Source: Octopus sinensis (lineage: Eukaryota). Taken from it: DNA of 64,000 nucleotides. The translations under genes were made by a program, and so were the position numbers. The DNA lies in the NCBI RefSeq assembly GCF_006345805.1, contig NC_043004.1, positions 30,194,001 through 30,258,000 on the forward strand. Direction: 5' to 3'. Below are positions 27,573 to 41,280 of this stretch, piece by piece. Position 1 is the first letter of the stretch; each line of letters begins with the position of its first letter. A model generated the notes under the pieces. It saw only the letters and a program-made list of their open reading frames with translations, did not search any database and was not told the DNA's origin.

Positions 27573-29141
27573 ACTAGCTTAAGGTGACCTGCTCTACGTG
27601 CAGGTAAGAGTGTAGTTGTTACTTTCTGTTGCTTCCTTTCTGTTTTTTATCACCACATTCTCCCTCTTTGTTTCTCTCTCCTTTCTCTCTCACTTTCCCA
27701 CTCTCTTACTCTTCCTTTCTCTCGGACTCTCCCTCACTTTCTCTTACTCTCCATCTTTCTCTATCTCTCTCTCTCTCTCCCATTTATAAACAACAAAAGA
27801 TCTTGAGTAAGTTGAGAAATAAAATATTTTGAAAGATCAATCATAAATATCAGGCAGTGACAATGGAAAGGTCTGCTTCAAGGCAGACAGCAAAACACTA
27901 ACATTTAAAAGGGACAGACGAACTTGCGAGCTGAATAACGATAAAAGAATATTGGAAACCAAAGTTTGAAGGGATAGAATCTGAGGATAGTAGAGTCACC
28001 ATGGCTGGCATTTCTTAACGACGGACAGCAACGTAGTGGCAGTTTAACGGCTGGCGAAAAATTTTGAACTTGATGTAAAAGAAAATTCCAAAACACCAAG
28101 TTTTGAAGTGATTCTTTCTCACGACAGTAGACTCACCATGGCAAGCATTCAAAACTTCTTCATGATGGACAGCAACACATTGACGATTTAAAGGCTGGTG
28201 CAAATTTTTTAGCTTGATGTAACAGAGAATTCGTAAACACCTGCTCCTGTAAATTTTAATCCACTTCCAGCCCCATTTAGACCCCTTTTCACGTTTTGGC
28301 TAATATAACCCGATATCATTCGGGTCTACTCGGGCCACATTTTATAAGATGAGGAATTTTGTCCTAGAGGTCATGCCTTTCATTTGAGGAAAAAAATAGT
28401 TGCCATGCAAACTCACCAGCACTTTTAACATAGGTGTGCATATTTTCAGCTCAACCGACCACATAATGCATGCATTATATATATATATACGCATTATATA
28501 TATGTGTGTATGTGTGTGTGTGTACGCATTATATATACAAATGTATACAAATTATATATATATATATATATATACATATATATATAAATACAGATATATA
28601 CACTTTGTATATATACATTACATATACATATTTATATATAGAACACACACACACGCACACACATATATAAATTAACCCAATAAATATCTGATTCATAATA
28701 TTTGTTCTCATGATTGTGTGGTGGTGGTAGCGATAATAAAACTCTCTATGAATGCAGACAGACATACAGAGAGAGAGGGGGGAGGGGGAGGTGGTGATGG
28801 AAAGAGGGACAGCGCTGGCAAAGGCAGCTGGGGAAAGATAGTGGTATCTGTCAAACGTCGTTATAGAGAGAAAGTGATGGGAAGGCGGAAACAGAGAGAG
28901 ACGGAGGAAGACATGCAGATAAGAGAATGAGAGGAGACTTGTCAAAGTGTGCGTTTTTAGCCCTAGCAATGACACCTTTTGAGATAGGGATTTCTAACCT
29001 AGCCCACTCGCATCCTCACCTCATTTTACATGTCCCTGTAAATTTTGGAGTCAATCGGACGGGATCTAGTGTCCTTTAACCCATTCCAATGCCAAAACCA
29101 GACAAACAAACTTTTTGCATTTCAGATTTATAGATATTGAT
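27573..29141 (+). mobile_element. Putative non-autonomous rolling-circle element (HINE/DINE-1/Lep1-like organisation)
   Basis: 5' ACTAG followed by hairpin ACCTGC(TCTACGT)GCAGGT; internal microsatellites and ~140-bp tandem repeat; 3' ...AAATTTTGGAGTCAATCGG...CAGACAAACAAACTTTT...TTTATAGATATTGAT. Confidence 0.5.
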
Positions 29142-30420
29142 TAATAATATAATCTTTATCACAATAGCTCTTATTTGTCTTAAGAAAAAGTATAGAAAAG
29201 TGTACACATACATACACATGTATATATGTATATATGTTTACTAATATGTATGTGTATATACATGTATGCGTATATACATCCATGCATATATGTATGTATG
29301 TGTGTATGTATGTAAGTATGTATGTAAGCATGTATGCATGGACGGACGGATGGATGGATGCATGTATGTATGTATGTATACATACATATATGGTGTATAC
29401 ATATGTATATGTATGTCTACATACAGACATGTATCTACACATGTATACATATGTGTATGTATATGTGTTTACATACATGTACGTGCATGTGTATGTATAG
29501 TGAGAGAGGAAGCTTAAAAGATGACAATTCTCTTCTAACTACAAAATATTCAACAGCTAACTAAAACTTGTAGCATTTAGCCCTTGAGAGTAAGGAGCCA
29601 GCGTATCCAAACACTGCTGATGTAAGCCAGAAGGGTTTTTTTTTCTAATCCAGGCACCAACACACTCCAGTGAAACTATTTTCATTACTAAATTAAAATA
29701 TTAGAAAAAAAAACATAACTAGGGTCTTCAAAAATAAATTTTTATTACTGACATTGCAACGTAATACCAAACTACAGATATATTTTTACATAAGAGAAAA
29801 TAAGGGTGCAGGTAGATATAAGTACAATAGTCCTGGGTAATGGGTACTGTTAAGGTAAAAGTAAGCAGTGCTTAGTTTTTTTTTGTCTTTTTTTTATATT
29901 AAAGTTTTAAATATTTTTTTTATCACATCCAGCTGTTGAAAATGCCAACCAAGCAGGTTAAACAGGGGTTGATCAACTGATCGTGGCTAAACATTAGAAA
30001 AGAGTGCAAGGACCTGAGTGTGCTCACTAAGTAGCCATCAAACAAAGATAACGTCAATAGAATCATTAAAAAAGTAAAAATGCAATCCTGAAAAGAGAAG
30101 CATAGAAAGGAGGACATAAGAGATGAACTGTCTATCTGATTTAATCCGGGAAATTATTAGGTCGAAATGAAGAATAGTTGAGCAAGGATTGTTTTGCTGT
30201 ACCAATTTATATACAAGTATGGTTGCACCATGAATAAGCAAGCCACTACTTGCAATGTCTTTTAAAGGCACATTTATTGAAGAGAAAAACAGACATTTTC
30301 AATGTTAGGTGGAATTATTACCAAAAAAAAAAAAAATGGTAAGTCTAAAATTTGTTCACTTGTCAATTTCCTAGATGAGTATGATGATGATCATGATGAT
30401 AATAATAATGATAATAATAA

Positions 30421-30452
<32 letters not shown>

Positions 30453-31533
30453 ATACCTAATTTGAATTGCAGTGGTTGAATATGTTTTATCTCGTCTGTA
30501 TTGATAGACAGATCAACTTACATAATACTATTGATAAGGTTTCTCTTACATGTTATCAGAAAAATCAGTTCTGAAAGCCTTACAATCAAATTCCAAATGT
30601 TTTACCATTCTTGAATTACTTTAGAAAACAACAATGTCACGTTCACATTCTCTACAAAAATCAAATTATAATTTATCATAAAAATATGGAAAAATCTTTT
30701 CAGATTGTTCAGATTGTTGTTCAATAGTTTGACAATATGTTGAATGTTTATCAGATTGGTTTCAAAAGAAAATTATTTCTTTCATATATTTACGTACACA
30801 CACACACACACACACACACACATGCATTCTTGAATGTGTTCTGAAAGTAATATGCCTTACAAATGTGATGTCTATGTGTGTGATCTGAAGTTTCTATTAT
30901 GTTCTAATTTCATTACATCAGTTTGTTGCAGATGATCATGTAGAGAGATCAGTTTGTTATAAACTTTCATGCATAAACCTAATAACGTAACCAATAGCTT
31001 CTCCTAGGAAATGATATCTCACTATATAAGTGTTGAAATTATATTAACATACATTTATCTGAAAGTTTCTAATCTAACTTTATTTGTATTTACAACTTTA
31101 AAAAAAAAAAGTTAAAACAAAGAACAAAAATAAAATGAAAGAAGTATTGAACAATTCAATCATTTTATTACATATGCCTTAGTAATTAACGTTAAAGTTA
31201 TCTTTGACATTCTACTATCAAATGGCTTTCATTAAAGTTAATGTAATTAATATAGATTAAAAGATTTACAACTAAGAAATTACAAACCCACGAACATATA
31301 CTGATTAAAAATCACAACTGCGTGAAGACATGCATATATATATGACAAATAGCAAATATAATAACAACTTACATTACTCTAGACTACAAAACAACAAATA
31401 TAATTATACATTAAGAAGAGAAGACAAATTATAATATACTAATGACGCACAAAATAATATGTACATTACTTGCATACATATACTTATATACAACTACATA
31501 CACACAGGTGCGTATAATAATACATAGATGTTT

Positions 31534-31588
<55 letters not shown>

Positions 31589-31591
31589 TAT

Positions 31592-31624
<33 letters not shown>

Positions 31625-31662
31625 CATATATATATATATAGATATATATATATATATATAAT

Positions 31663-31697
<35 letters not shown>

Positions 31698-31766
31698 TAT
31701 ATTATATATATATATATATATATCTATATATATATATATATATTATATATATATATATATATATAC

Positions 31767-31797
<31 letters not shown>

Positions 31798-31814
31798 TAT
31801 ATATATATGAATAT

Positions 31815-32110
31815 AAATACACACACTTATGTACGATGATGTATGTACACTTACATACAGTGATGTATATACACTTACATATACTAATACATATACCCTT
31901 GCATACAATAATATACACACTATGGCATGCAATAATGTATACACGCTTACATCTGATAATCTATACAGACATACAATAATACAGGCGCACTTACATACAA
32001 TAAGACATATACACACTAGCATACAATGACAAATATATAATGACAGGCAATGATACAAACACACACACAGATATGCAAACATACTTACATACAATAACGT
32101 ATACAATGAT
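31815..32110. repeat. Degenerate ~22-24-bp repeat (TATACACACTTACATACAAT-like)
   Basis: Recurrent CACTTACATACAAT motif following a long (TA)n tract. Confidence 0.6.
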
Positions 32111-32451
32111 ACCTACACACACATAAATTGAAAATATGAAGACAAAGGAAGCAGAAAGACAAAGTTTCAATGAATTGCATAAAATAAAAGTAGCTGTTGG
32201 TCAGTTTGCCAAAATATTGAACAATAATAAACTGAATATGAAATAATAGAGAGTAAAGCTTACAACAGTAGCAAGGACTATAAAGGTTTCACTATTTAGT
32301 ATTCAACCCAGTCAAATTCATCTGCTATGAAAACACAGAGCTGTTTATTCTAACCTACCATGTTGATATATCTATGTTTAATAGCAGGAAAATCAGCATA
32401 AAATCATACAGGAACTTAAGTATATATTAGGTATATAATTTAATATATATA

Positions 32452-32497
32452 TCATCATCGTCGTTTAACGTCCGTTCTCCATGCTAGCATGGGTTGG
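32452..32497 (-). mobile_element. 45-nt extreme 3' stub of RTE tail in (TA)n
   Basis: catcatcgtcgtttaacgtccgttctccatgctagcatgggttgg between TA runs. Confidence 0.8.
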
Positions 32498-32498
32498 A

Positions 32499-32530
<32 letters not shown>

Positions 32531-32547
32531 GTGTATATATATGTGGG

Positions 32548-32611
<64 letters not shown>

Positions 32612-33056
32612 CTTTTGAAGTAAACATTAGGACTGGTGTAAAGAAGTTGGGGCCTGTGTGGTGGTAATTAGTGAGTTTAAGTGTTACATGCTTCCTCATG
32701 GTACTTTGGAACTATTTGTATTTTTATGATTTTTTTTTGTTTTTCCTTTCCAGGCTTTTATATGAAACTCTCAATATATCGAATGCTATTAAAATTGTGA
32801 ATGATACAATGCTAAAGAATAAACATAAGAGCTTATTTACATTCAATCAGGTTTGCAAAGTTCTGATCAAAGTCACTTAACACCATTCTTCTTGGAATCA
32901 ATATGAGAAGATCAACAGAATGTCTAACTCTAAATAAATTTTTTCCAAGTTAACCCATCCACAAAGCAGACACTCAATTCTGGTTTGCATAATATTAAGT
33001 GGATGAGAGATTTCTTCCTATAATGATGTTAATATACAACAGAAGTCATTCACTTT

Positions 33057-33366
33057 AACACCCCCACTTGGCCATCTGTCCTTCGCTCCAACACCCCCAC
33101 TTGCCTATCTGTCTCCCAGTCCAACATTCCCACTCGCCCATCTGTCCTCCAGTCTAACACCTCCACCTGCTTATCTATCTTCAAGTCCAATACCCCCACC
33201 TGGCCATCTGTCCTCCAGTTCTATACCAACACCTGCCCTTCTCTCCTCACTCCAACACCTGCATGTGGCCATCTGTCCTCTAGTCCACCACCTTCACCTA
33301 ATCATCTATCCTGTAGTCCAACATCCCTACCTGGCCATCTATCCTCCAGTCTAATACCTCATCTAG
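33057..33366. repeat. 33-bp minisatellite, about 9 copies
   Basis: Consensus near AACACCCCCACCTGGCCATCTGTCCTCCAGTCC; unit 6 is 32 bp. Confidence 0.9.
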
Positions 33367-33794
33367 TTACTTATGCTTTATTTCACTCTGATCCCACATT
33401 ACCATTGAAAGTTTTTTGCAGAGTCCACTCTGAAACAAGAATTCGAACCAGGTCTCTGGTTTGAAGATAACTTTCTACTCTCCCACCAATCTTAAAAGCC
33501 CTAAAACAATCATGGGTGTTCTCAAAAGCTTCTAATTTGTTCTTAATGATGTGAGGGAATGCAGAATAAAGTGTCAATGAAGTGGTTGAGCAATATCTTC
33601 TGGTTGAGTAATATCTTCTTTATTGTGATATTTCTAACTGCAATCAAATCTTGGATGATGTATTGACAGACCAACACAATAATAATAGTTTTGCTGGTAA
33701 CCGAGCAGAAGGTTGAAGAGGAGAAGTAACTGATTATAATAAGAGGTAGTTGGAAGCTATGGAAATAAGAGAGTGCAGCACAAAACCATGATTA

Positions 33795-33905
33795 ATAAAT
33801 TTGATGAATGTGATTTACTCATCAGGAAAGAATCTATCAACAAAAGAAATAGAGAAACTTCCCAAATATAAGGATCTGGGAATGCAGATCACAAAAATGT
33901 GGTTT
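33795..33905 (+). mobile_element. R4/Dong-like REL fragment
   Basis: NLSTKEIEKLPKYKDLGMQITKMW. Confidence 0.6.
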
Positions 33906-35046
33906 TGGTTTTCTTCAAGGAGTCCTTCCATAAATGTAACATACCTTTCACTACGTTAAACACACACATATATAAAGTGGTCATTTTGTACAGTCTACAT
34001 ATCTTGCACACCCTATGCTACACTACAGGAGTGTAGAAGCTTCTAGTGAGTGGAAATGCAGGATAAAGACAGGATGTAAAAAGAACATTTACAATAAGAG
34101 AATAGCATCTACATAGCCCCTTAATCCTGTTGATACAACAATAACACATCATTTGATAAGATATTTAAAAAGGGCTACAGTTACTATGCTAAATTCTCAG
34201 AGACTTAAGACAGCGTGGCCTGATTGTATAACTGCAGCTGAAATGTTAACCGAACAATAGTATTTATCTCTTATTTTCAAGAGCGGGTGCAAAGTTACTC
34301 CAGATCAGACTGAAGTATGGCTCAACCCATGAGTCAACATTTACTTAGCTATCTCCAGACCTTAAATATTCATACCTCATATAAGTATAATTGAATAATG
34401 AAGAAGCAAATCTCAATGTTAAAGGTCCAAAGATATCCACTAAGTGAGCTTAATTCAGACAATTACTATCTGAACATAAATATATGCTTCTTTATTACCA
34501 ACAAGGGGCTAAACATAGAGGGGACAAACAAGGACAGACAAAGGTATTAAGTTGATTACATCGACCCCAGTGTGTAACTGGTATGGTACTTAATTTATCG
34601 ACCCCGAATGGATGCAAGGCAAAGTCAACCTCAGTGGAATTTGAACTCAGAACGTAACAGCAGACGAAATACGGCTACGCATTTCACCCAGCAGGTTAAT
34701 GGTTCTGCCAGCTTGCTGCCTTTTCTGAACATAAATATACTCATGCAGGAAACATAGGTATAAAACAGAGCACAATATAGAACATTTCTGTTCTTCTCTT
34801 TTACTTGTCTCAATCATTGGAGAGCAGTCTTGCTGGGGCATTGCCTTGAAAGGTTTGGTCAAAGAAATGGATCCTAGAAGTGATTTTTTAAAGTTTGGTA
34901 CTTATCCTATTGGTTTCTTTTACAAAACCACTTTATTTCAGGGGCCTAAAAAAAGATCCAATGTTGGTTGTCAAGTGATGTGGGGGAACATACACAAATA
35001 CGAAGACACACACACACACATATATAACTACAAACACACACACACT

Positions 35047-35081
<35 letters not shown>

Positions 35082-35227
35082 CAAATTTGCAGAAAACAAA
35101 AGATGAAGACAAGTGAAGAAACAACAAGCCAGAAGAATGGAAAATTCTTTGATGTTTTGAGCCTATGTATGTATGTGTATACATACATACATACATACAT
35201 ACATACATACATACATACATACATACA

Positions 35228-35258
<31 letters not shown>

Positions 35259-36389
35259 GATAGGCTTTTACATAGTTTTCATCAACTAAATTCACTCACT
35301 AAGTATTGGTCAGCGCAAGGCTACACTAGAAGATACTTGTCGAGGTGCCACATAGTAGGACTAAACCCCAAACCATGTAGTTGCAAAGTAAGCTTAGGAT
35401 TTTGATAAAAGTTATTGCATCAAGTCCTTGAATTATGAAGAATTTGTGAATCAAGTGGATGTATATAGTGACTGGATTTAAGAAGTAATTGTGTGGGAAT
35501 GGATTATGAAGCCAATGGATTTGTGAATGTTTATAATGTGAATGTGTTGTGTGCATGAATTAATAAAGTGACTATTTCTATGAAGTGAAAGTGAAATTAA
35601 AAGTAAAGTAGTATGTTTCTGAAGTGAATGTATTTATGGAATGGATGAGCCACTCGGAAATGAAAACTGAATGACAGACTGGATTCACTAAACAATTTGC
35701 AACAACAGCAACAACAGCCAACAACAACAATGACAGCAACAGCAACAACAAGTCCTTTCAGTTAGGCAAGAGATTAATTTTCTGTAGGCAGAAGTTATAG
35801 TGGCCTGAATCTTCCCTCAGTGTATTACTGGTACTTGTTTCATCTGATGAAAACTAAAGTCAATTGAGTGGGAGTTTAACTGAGAACAGTGAAGTATTGA
35901 ATCTGTTACAACAGAGTACCTAATCTAGCTGTGCACTACCTGCGCCAGCTTTACCTTCCTTATAACAAGAACAAACCTGGAATTTAAGTTAAGATCAAAT
36001 GTGAAGTGGTGATGTTGATGCCTTTTCAAGAATATAAAGCTACACCAAACTGGAATACAATAACACTGATAACATTATATATAAAAATGTAGATTTGGTT
36101 AAATTAATTATCATTATATTAGAATAAATTATCATAATTAATTAATTCCAATATATATTTGCTTAACTTCAAGTCAATACATAAATAACTTAACTATTGT
36201 CTTTTTATGCAGATGACGTTTCTGGGTAATTATTTTCAAAGATATGGTTATCATAATAAACGTAACATTGTGGTTAATCTACTTAAACACTTCAGTAAGT
36301 TTTGTTTACTCATTAATTAACTCTGATTGTTTTTAAAGATAACATGAAATGTTTGTAGGTGTAAAGTTAAACCTTTCTATAAACAAACC

Positions 36390-36580
36390 CCCATATTGTC
36401 TGTTAAATTTAACAAGTCCTCATGGTGCCTGTTGAGGTTAACAAGTCACCATATTGTCTTTTAAATTTAATTAATCACCATGGAGTCACCTCATGGTCTG
36501 TTGAATTCAGTGACCCACTATATTATCTGTTAAGTTTAACAAGTCACCATATTTTCTGTTAAATTCAACTAGTCACATGA
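36390..36580. repeat. ~29-bp degenerate minisatellite
   Basis: CCATATTGTCTGTTAAATTTAACAAGTCA-like units alternating with CTCATGGT-type units. Confidence 0.75.
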
Positions 36581-37694
36581 CAATGTTAAAATATACTTAC
36601 CAATCACATTTTAGCTTTCATTCACAAAAATGTCTATCAAAGAATAATTGGACCCAAAACAAAATGAAGAAAATCTTTATTTTTATCTGATCCTTTTCAT
36701 GGTACAGCAGTAGAATTGTGGGAGAAGGGGTTAAGGTTGCTGATTTGAAGTGAAAATGTTGGGGCTGAGTCCCATAGTTAGCAACAGAGGGGTTGAAGAA
36801 AAGACTACCACAGATTCTAATCACATTTCATGTCCAATAGAGGTTGCTTCAAAACTGTCAGATAGTTTCAAAATTGAACAATTTTCACCATAAAGTTTTG
36901 ATCTTGCACTTTTTATGAAAAACAATCATAAAAAGAAAAAAAAATGGATATGAATCCTATGGCTTTTTTTTTTGCTTTTTTTTATCATATTAAAATGTTG
37001 AAGAATTTGCCTGCAATACAATGATTTTGGCGATGAATAAAGTCTCTTTATTCTTCAATATTTTTCTTATAATGCGACAGTTTCTTCTCTAAAAACATTT
37101 CTTTGTCAATACATGCTTTTAGAATGAATTTATTACTTTGTAAAAAAAAAAAATGAAATAAACAACAAATAAACAAAAAAAACAATGAACTATTTTTTTC
37201 CAAGAAAACACTTGATGATGAACACTTGACAAAATAAAAAAATGCTTGTTTTAAAAGAGAAACAACAGAAAAAAAAATGTATATAATAATTTAGATATAT
37301 GGTCATGTGATCCCAGTGGGAGAGGGAGGAGAGGTGAGAGTAAGATAACAGGAAATGAATGGGGAACTCTAATGATAGTGTGATCATCTGAAATCATTCC
37401 AAATTTCTTTAGCAAAGTCACTTTGGTTTGGAGTCTGTGATGACTCAGTTGATGTATGCTTAAAGCCGGCAATGACTTTGAAATACGAACCATGACTTGT
37501 ATTATTCCTCTCATTAGCAAATCAGACCATCACAAGAAATATCTCATAATTATTCTCCAAACTTAATGAAGAAATTGTCTTTTATAGTGTCCAGAAACAA
37601 GTAGTTTATTAGTTTTCTTTTCTTTTCTTTTTTTTTTTCCAATACTTAAGAATGCAGAAATACCAGAGAGAGAATGAGAGAGAGATAGAGATAA

Positions 37695-37749
<55 letters not shown>

Positions 37750-37750
37750 C

Positions 37751-37800
<50 letters not shown>

Positions 37801-38352
37801 TCTGTAATGGTGGATGTAGAGCTGTGTGTGTATGTTTTATTTAATAGCATCAATATATATGTATATAGAGATGATTCAAATAAAAAGTGATGATATAATT
37901 ACCTACAAAAATATAAACTTCCAATTCTGAAAAACGATGAAAACACTGGAGAATGTTGAATGTAGATAATAATAGGAAAAAATGAAAGCAGAAGTATTAT
38001 AGTACCAGCTGTATTTTCATAACATTAGTTAGTATGGATAAATAAAGGATGTGTATATGTTAGAACAGGCATGGATAACATGCATCTCTTGGACTGCATG
38101 CAGCCCTTTATGACTTTTTGTATGGCACATGGTAATGTCATGAGTATATAAACATAAAGTTTTAACTAAAATTTTTGTAAAATAATCTTTAGGTCTTGAC
38201 ACTAATATATATTTTTATGTTTGATTTAATTAACGTCAGGGGTTCTCTGGACTACAGGTTTGTTGAATTATTTGGTTGTTTGGCCATATTTATCATGAGT
38301 AATAAATAGCTTATTGATTTCACTTCTTGAAAATGGTCACTGCACCTGGGAT

Positions 38353-38386
<34 letters not shown>

Positions 38387-38762
38387 TACAAGATGTGAAA
38401 TATATTTTATAATGAAGAGAGCTGCAATTCTTAATCAAGAAGAATTTTCAGAGAAGGAATAAGCTAAAAAAATCAGAAAAAAGGCTACCTGCCATTCCCG
38501 AACTTATAAAAAACCCTAGTTTAATGCTACTATTATCTTTAACTATTTCACATACATGTCAATTATTAAAGATATTTTTCAAGACACAAAAATATGGTCA
38601 ACTATTATTATTCTTTCAGAAAGTCATTTTCCTATTTTACAGGAATCTAAAACCTTTCAAAAGTATAAAAGAAGAAATTTATTTCATTCAATACTATTGA
38701 TTTATTATTTAAGCCAAAGGTTAAAGGTCAAACTTTATAGATGAGAAACATGAATTTCCATA

Positions 38763-39025
38763 AATCCAGGTTTACTTCTGGAAGATTTGGTGACAGGTAG
38801 ATTAGGCCCAGCTAATGTTGATTATTATTAATCCACACATGTAATTAAAACATTTGACAACAGTTAAATTAGACCTGGCTAATATTGATTACTATCAATC
38901 CAGGTATGTTACTGGAATATTTGATGACAAGTAAATTAGACCTGGCTAATATTGATTTACCATCAGTCCAGGTATATTACAAGAACATTTGATAACAGGT
39001 AAATTAGAGTCAGCTAATATTTGAA
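38763..39025. repeat. ~67-bp minisatellite, 4 copies
   Basis: Units start at 38763, 38830, 38897 and 38965 (AATCCAGG...AAATTAGACCTGGCTAATATTG). Confidence 0.9.
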
Positions 39026-39563
39026 ATTCAATTCAAGAGAAATTATCAAATGCAGTAATATAATGAATTTAGTCATATCAACTCACATTTTCACCTTATA
39101 TCATTGACAACATGAATTTCTATAGAATTTGCCAACAATTTACAAGTTAACATGAGATTAATATGCTAAAATCAAAAGACACAATTTACAAGTATCCCTG
39201 TATTGTTTATGCTATGGACTTTCAAACAGAGCCAACAGTACAATTTCCTGGTTACCAACAAACTTCTCTAGAGTCAGCTTAGCAACACGCTGTATTTATT
39301 CAAATGTTCAAAGTTAGTTTAAAGTTGTCAGATCTACATCCCCATAACAACTAAAAGAAATTATTTCCTGAGAGAGGTTATAAAAAAATGGTTAAAAACA
39401 TTTGAAGTCTTTCAAGTTCTATTTGTTCTGTAGAGACGAGGTTTGATAAACTTTGGTATTATCATAATAAAACTGGTTTTCAATGAATATATTACTATGT
39501 TATTTAGAAAATATATCACTGTCTCTACACATCACTATAGTATTAAATAGGTTTTACATATAC

Positions 39564-39604
<41 letters not shown>

Positions 39605-39778
39605 TGTGTGTTTGTAATGTCTCTGTATTCAACATATGCATATCAAATTCTAGCTTATATGTATATAAGTGTACCTACTAAAAATGAATTTATGTATACT
39701 TGTATGCATGAATGTAGCTAACTCTCTCTCTCCCCATTCTCTGGTTTCTTTTTCATACACACACATACAGACACACAC

Positions 39779-39809
<31 letters not shown>

Positions 39810-39865
39810 TGTATGTATGTATGTATGTATGTATGTATGTATGTATGTATGTATGTATGTATGCA

Positions 39866-39920
<55 letters not shown>

Positions 39921-39948
39921 GTGTGTGTGGTGTGTGTGTGTGTGTATA

Positions 39949-40822
39949 CAGGGTGGGTGGAAAGTAACTAGGCATTAGAAATTGCTTATAGAATTTTTGG
40001 TATCAGTGAAGTCATGACGAAAACTTTTTTTAAACAGATAGCACTAATGGGGATTTCTTATTGTCTTATTTCTTATTTTCCAGATGGCCAGTCGCTTGAC
40101 TGTTCAGAGGTGAGCTAAGATAGTAGCATGCTATAAAGTTTGAAATTCCATTGTTTTGGTTCAGAGATGGTGGGGTGCATGGAAAAGTAAGCATGCAACA
40201 CTATGTCTGGAGACAATAAAATGTTGTCAGGCAAAGCTGATGACCATGGGTTTTGTGAACGATGCAAGAAGTGGCTGTCCAACCACATCTCAATCAGCAG
40301 AGAATGTGACAGCAGTGCAGGAAATATTTAATTGAGTCCACAAAAATCAACACATCAAACAGTTCATGAAAGTGGACTAACAAGACACATAATATGTATG
40401 GTGTTGCATAAAGAATTGAATTTTCATCCGTGGAAACCCCATTATATGCAGGAGTTACAACCTGAAGACTGTGACCACAGAAGTCCAGAACTTCAAGCAG
40501 TTCAGATCTCACTCCATGTGATTTTTAGCTGTGGGGTTACACAAAAGAGGAGGTGTACAAGACAAAATCTCACACACTGGGGGACTTGGAGACACGGATT
40601 CAGGAGGTTTTCAATTATATCCCAGACAACATCAAAGGTTGTTCATTCCATCCCTGGCCATTTGAGGAAACTGGTTGATGCCACTGGTGCTCACATTGAA
40701 ATATGAAGATTTACTTTCACTTACCCATGTAATAAAGAACATGTATCATTTATTTCAATAAATTTGTAAAAGGAATATGGATTTTATTACCAATTTTAAA
40801 TGCGTACTTACTTTTCACCTAC

Positions 40823-40825
<3 letters not shown>
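39949..40825 (+). mobile_element. Internally deleted Tc1/mariner-superfamily element with TIRs
   Basis: TIRs CAGGGTGGGTGGAAAGTAACTAGGCATT / CAGGTAGGTGAAAAGTAAGTACGCATT, TA on the left. HTH region (SPQKS...SGL...LHKELNFHPWK) joined to the C-terminal RSP.L..CDF-like segment and ...RLRKLVDATGAHIEI*. Confidence 0.85.
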
Positions 40826-40906
<81 letters not shown>

Positions 40907-40914
40907 GAAAGAAA

Positions 40915-41165
40915 AGGGTCAAAGATCCTCTGTGAGCCATAGGCTCATAAGGCCCATTTCCCAGATTCTGTAGTATATATATTTCCTCTACTTGATTGGA
41001 CACAGGTCCAGCACAAGATCACACATTTTTGCCCGGTGAGTGAACTGGAGTGATGGGAAATGAAGTGTTTTGCTCAAGAACACAATGTTTCATCCAGTCC
41101 AGGAATTGAAATCACAATCTTATGATCATGGGTGCCACATCCTAACCACTATGCCATGCACCACC
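40915..41165 (-). mobile_element. tRNA-derived SINE
   Basis: Minus head TGGCATAGTGGTTAGG...GATTTCAATTCC, then GTGTTCTTGAGCAAAACACTTC core. Confidence 0.7.
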
Positions 41166-41199
41166 ACTATATATAAATATATGTATACACACACACATG

Positions 41200-41254
<55 letters not shown>

Positions 41255-41280
41255 TATATATATATACATACATACATACA

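Noticed and set aside
32264-32324. Minus-strand exon candidate (ttttcatag...GTAAGC)
   Set aside because: Stops in all frames; it could only be non-coding, and there is no support for that.
34282-34314. 33-nt plus-strand micro-exon candidate (strong acceptor, GTATGG donor)
   Set aside because: No partner exons or plus-strand gene evidence; such signals arise by chance in AT-rich DNA.
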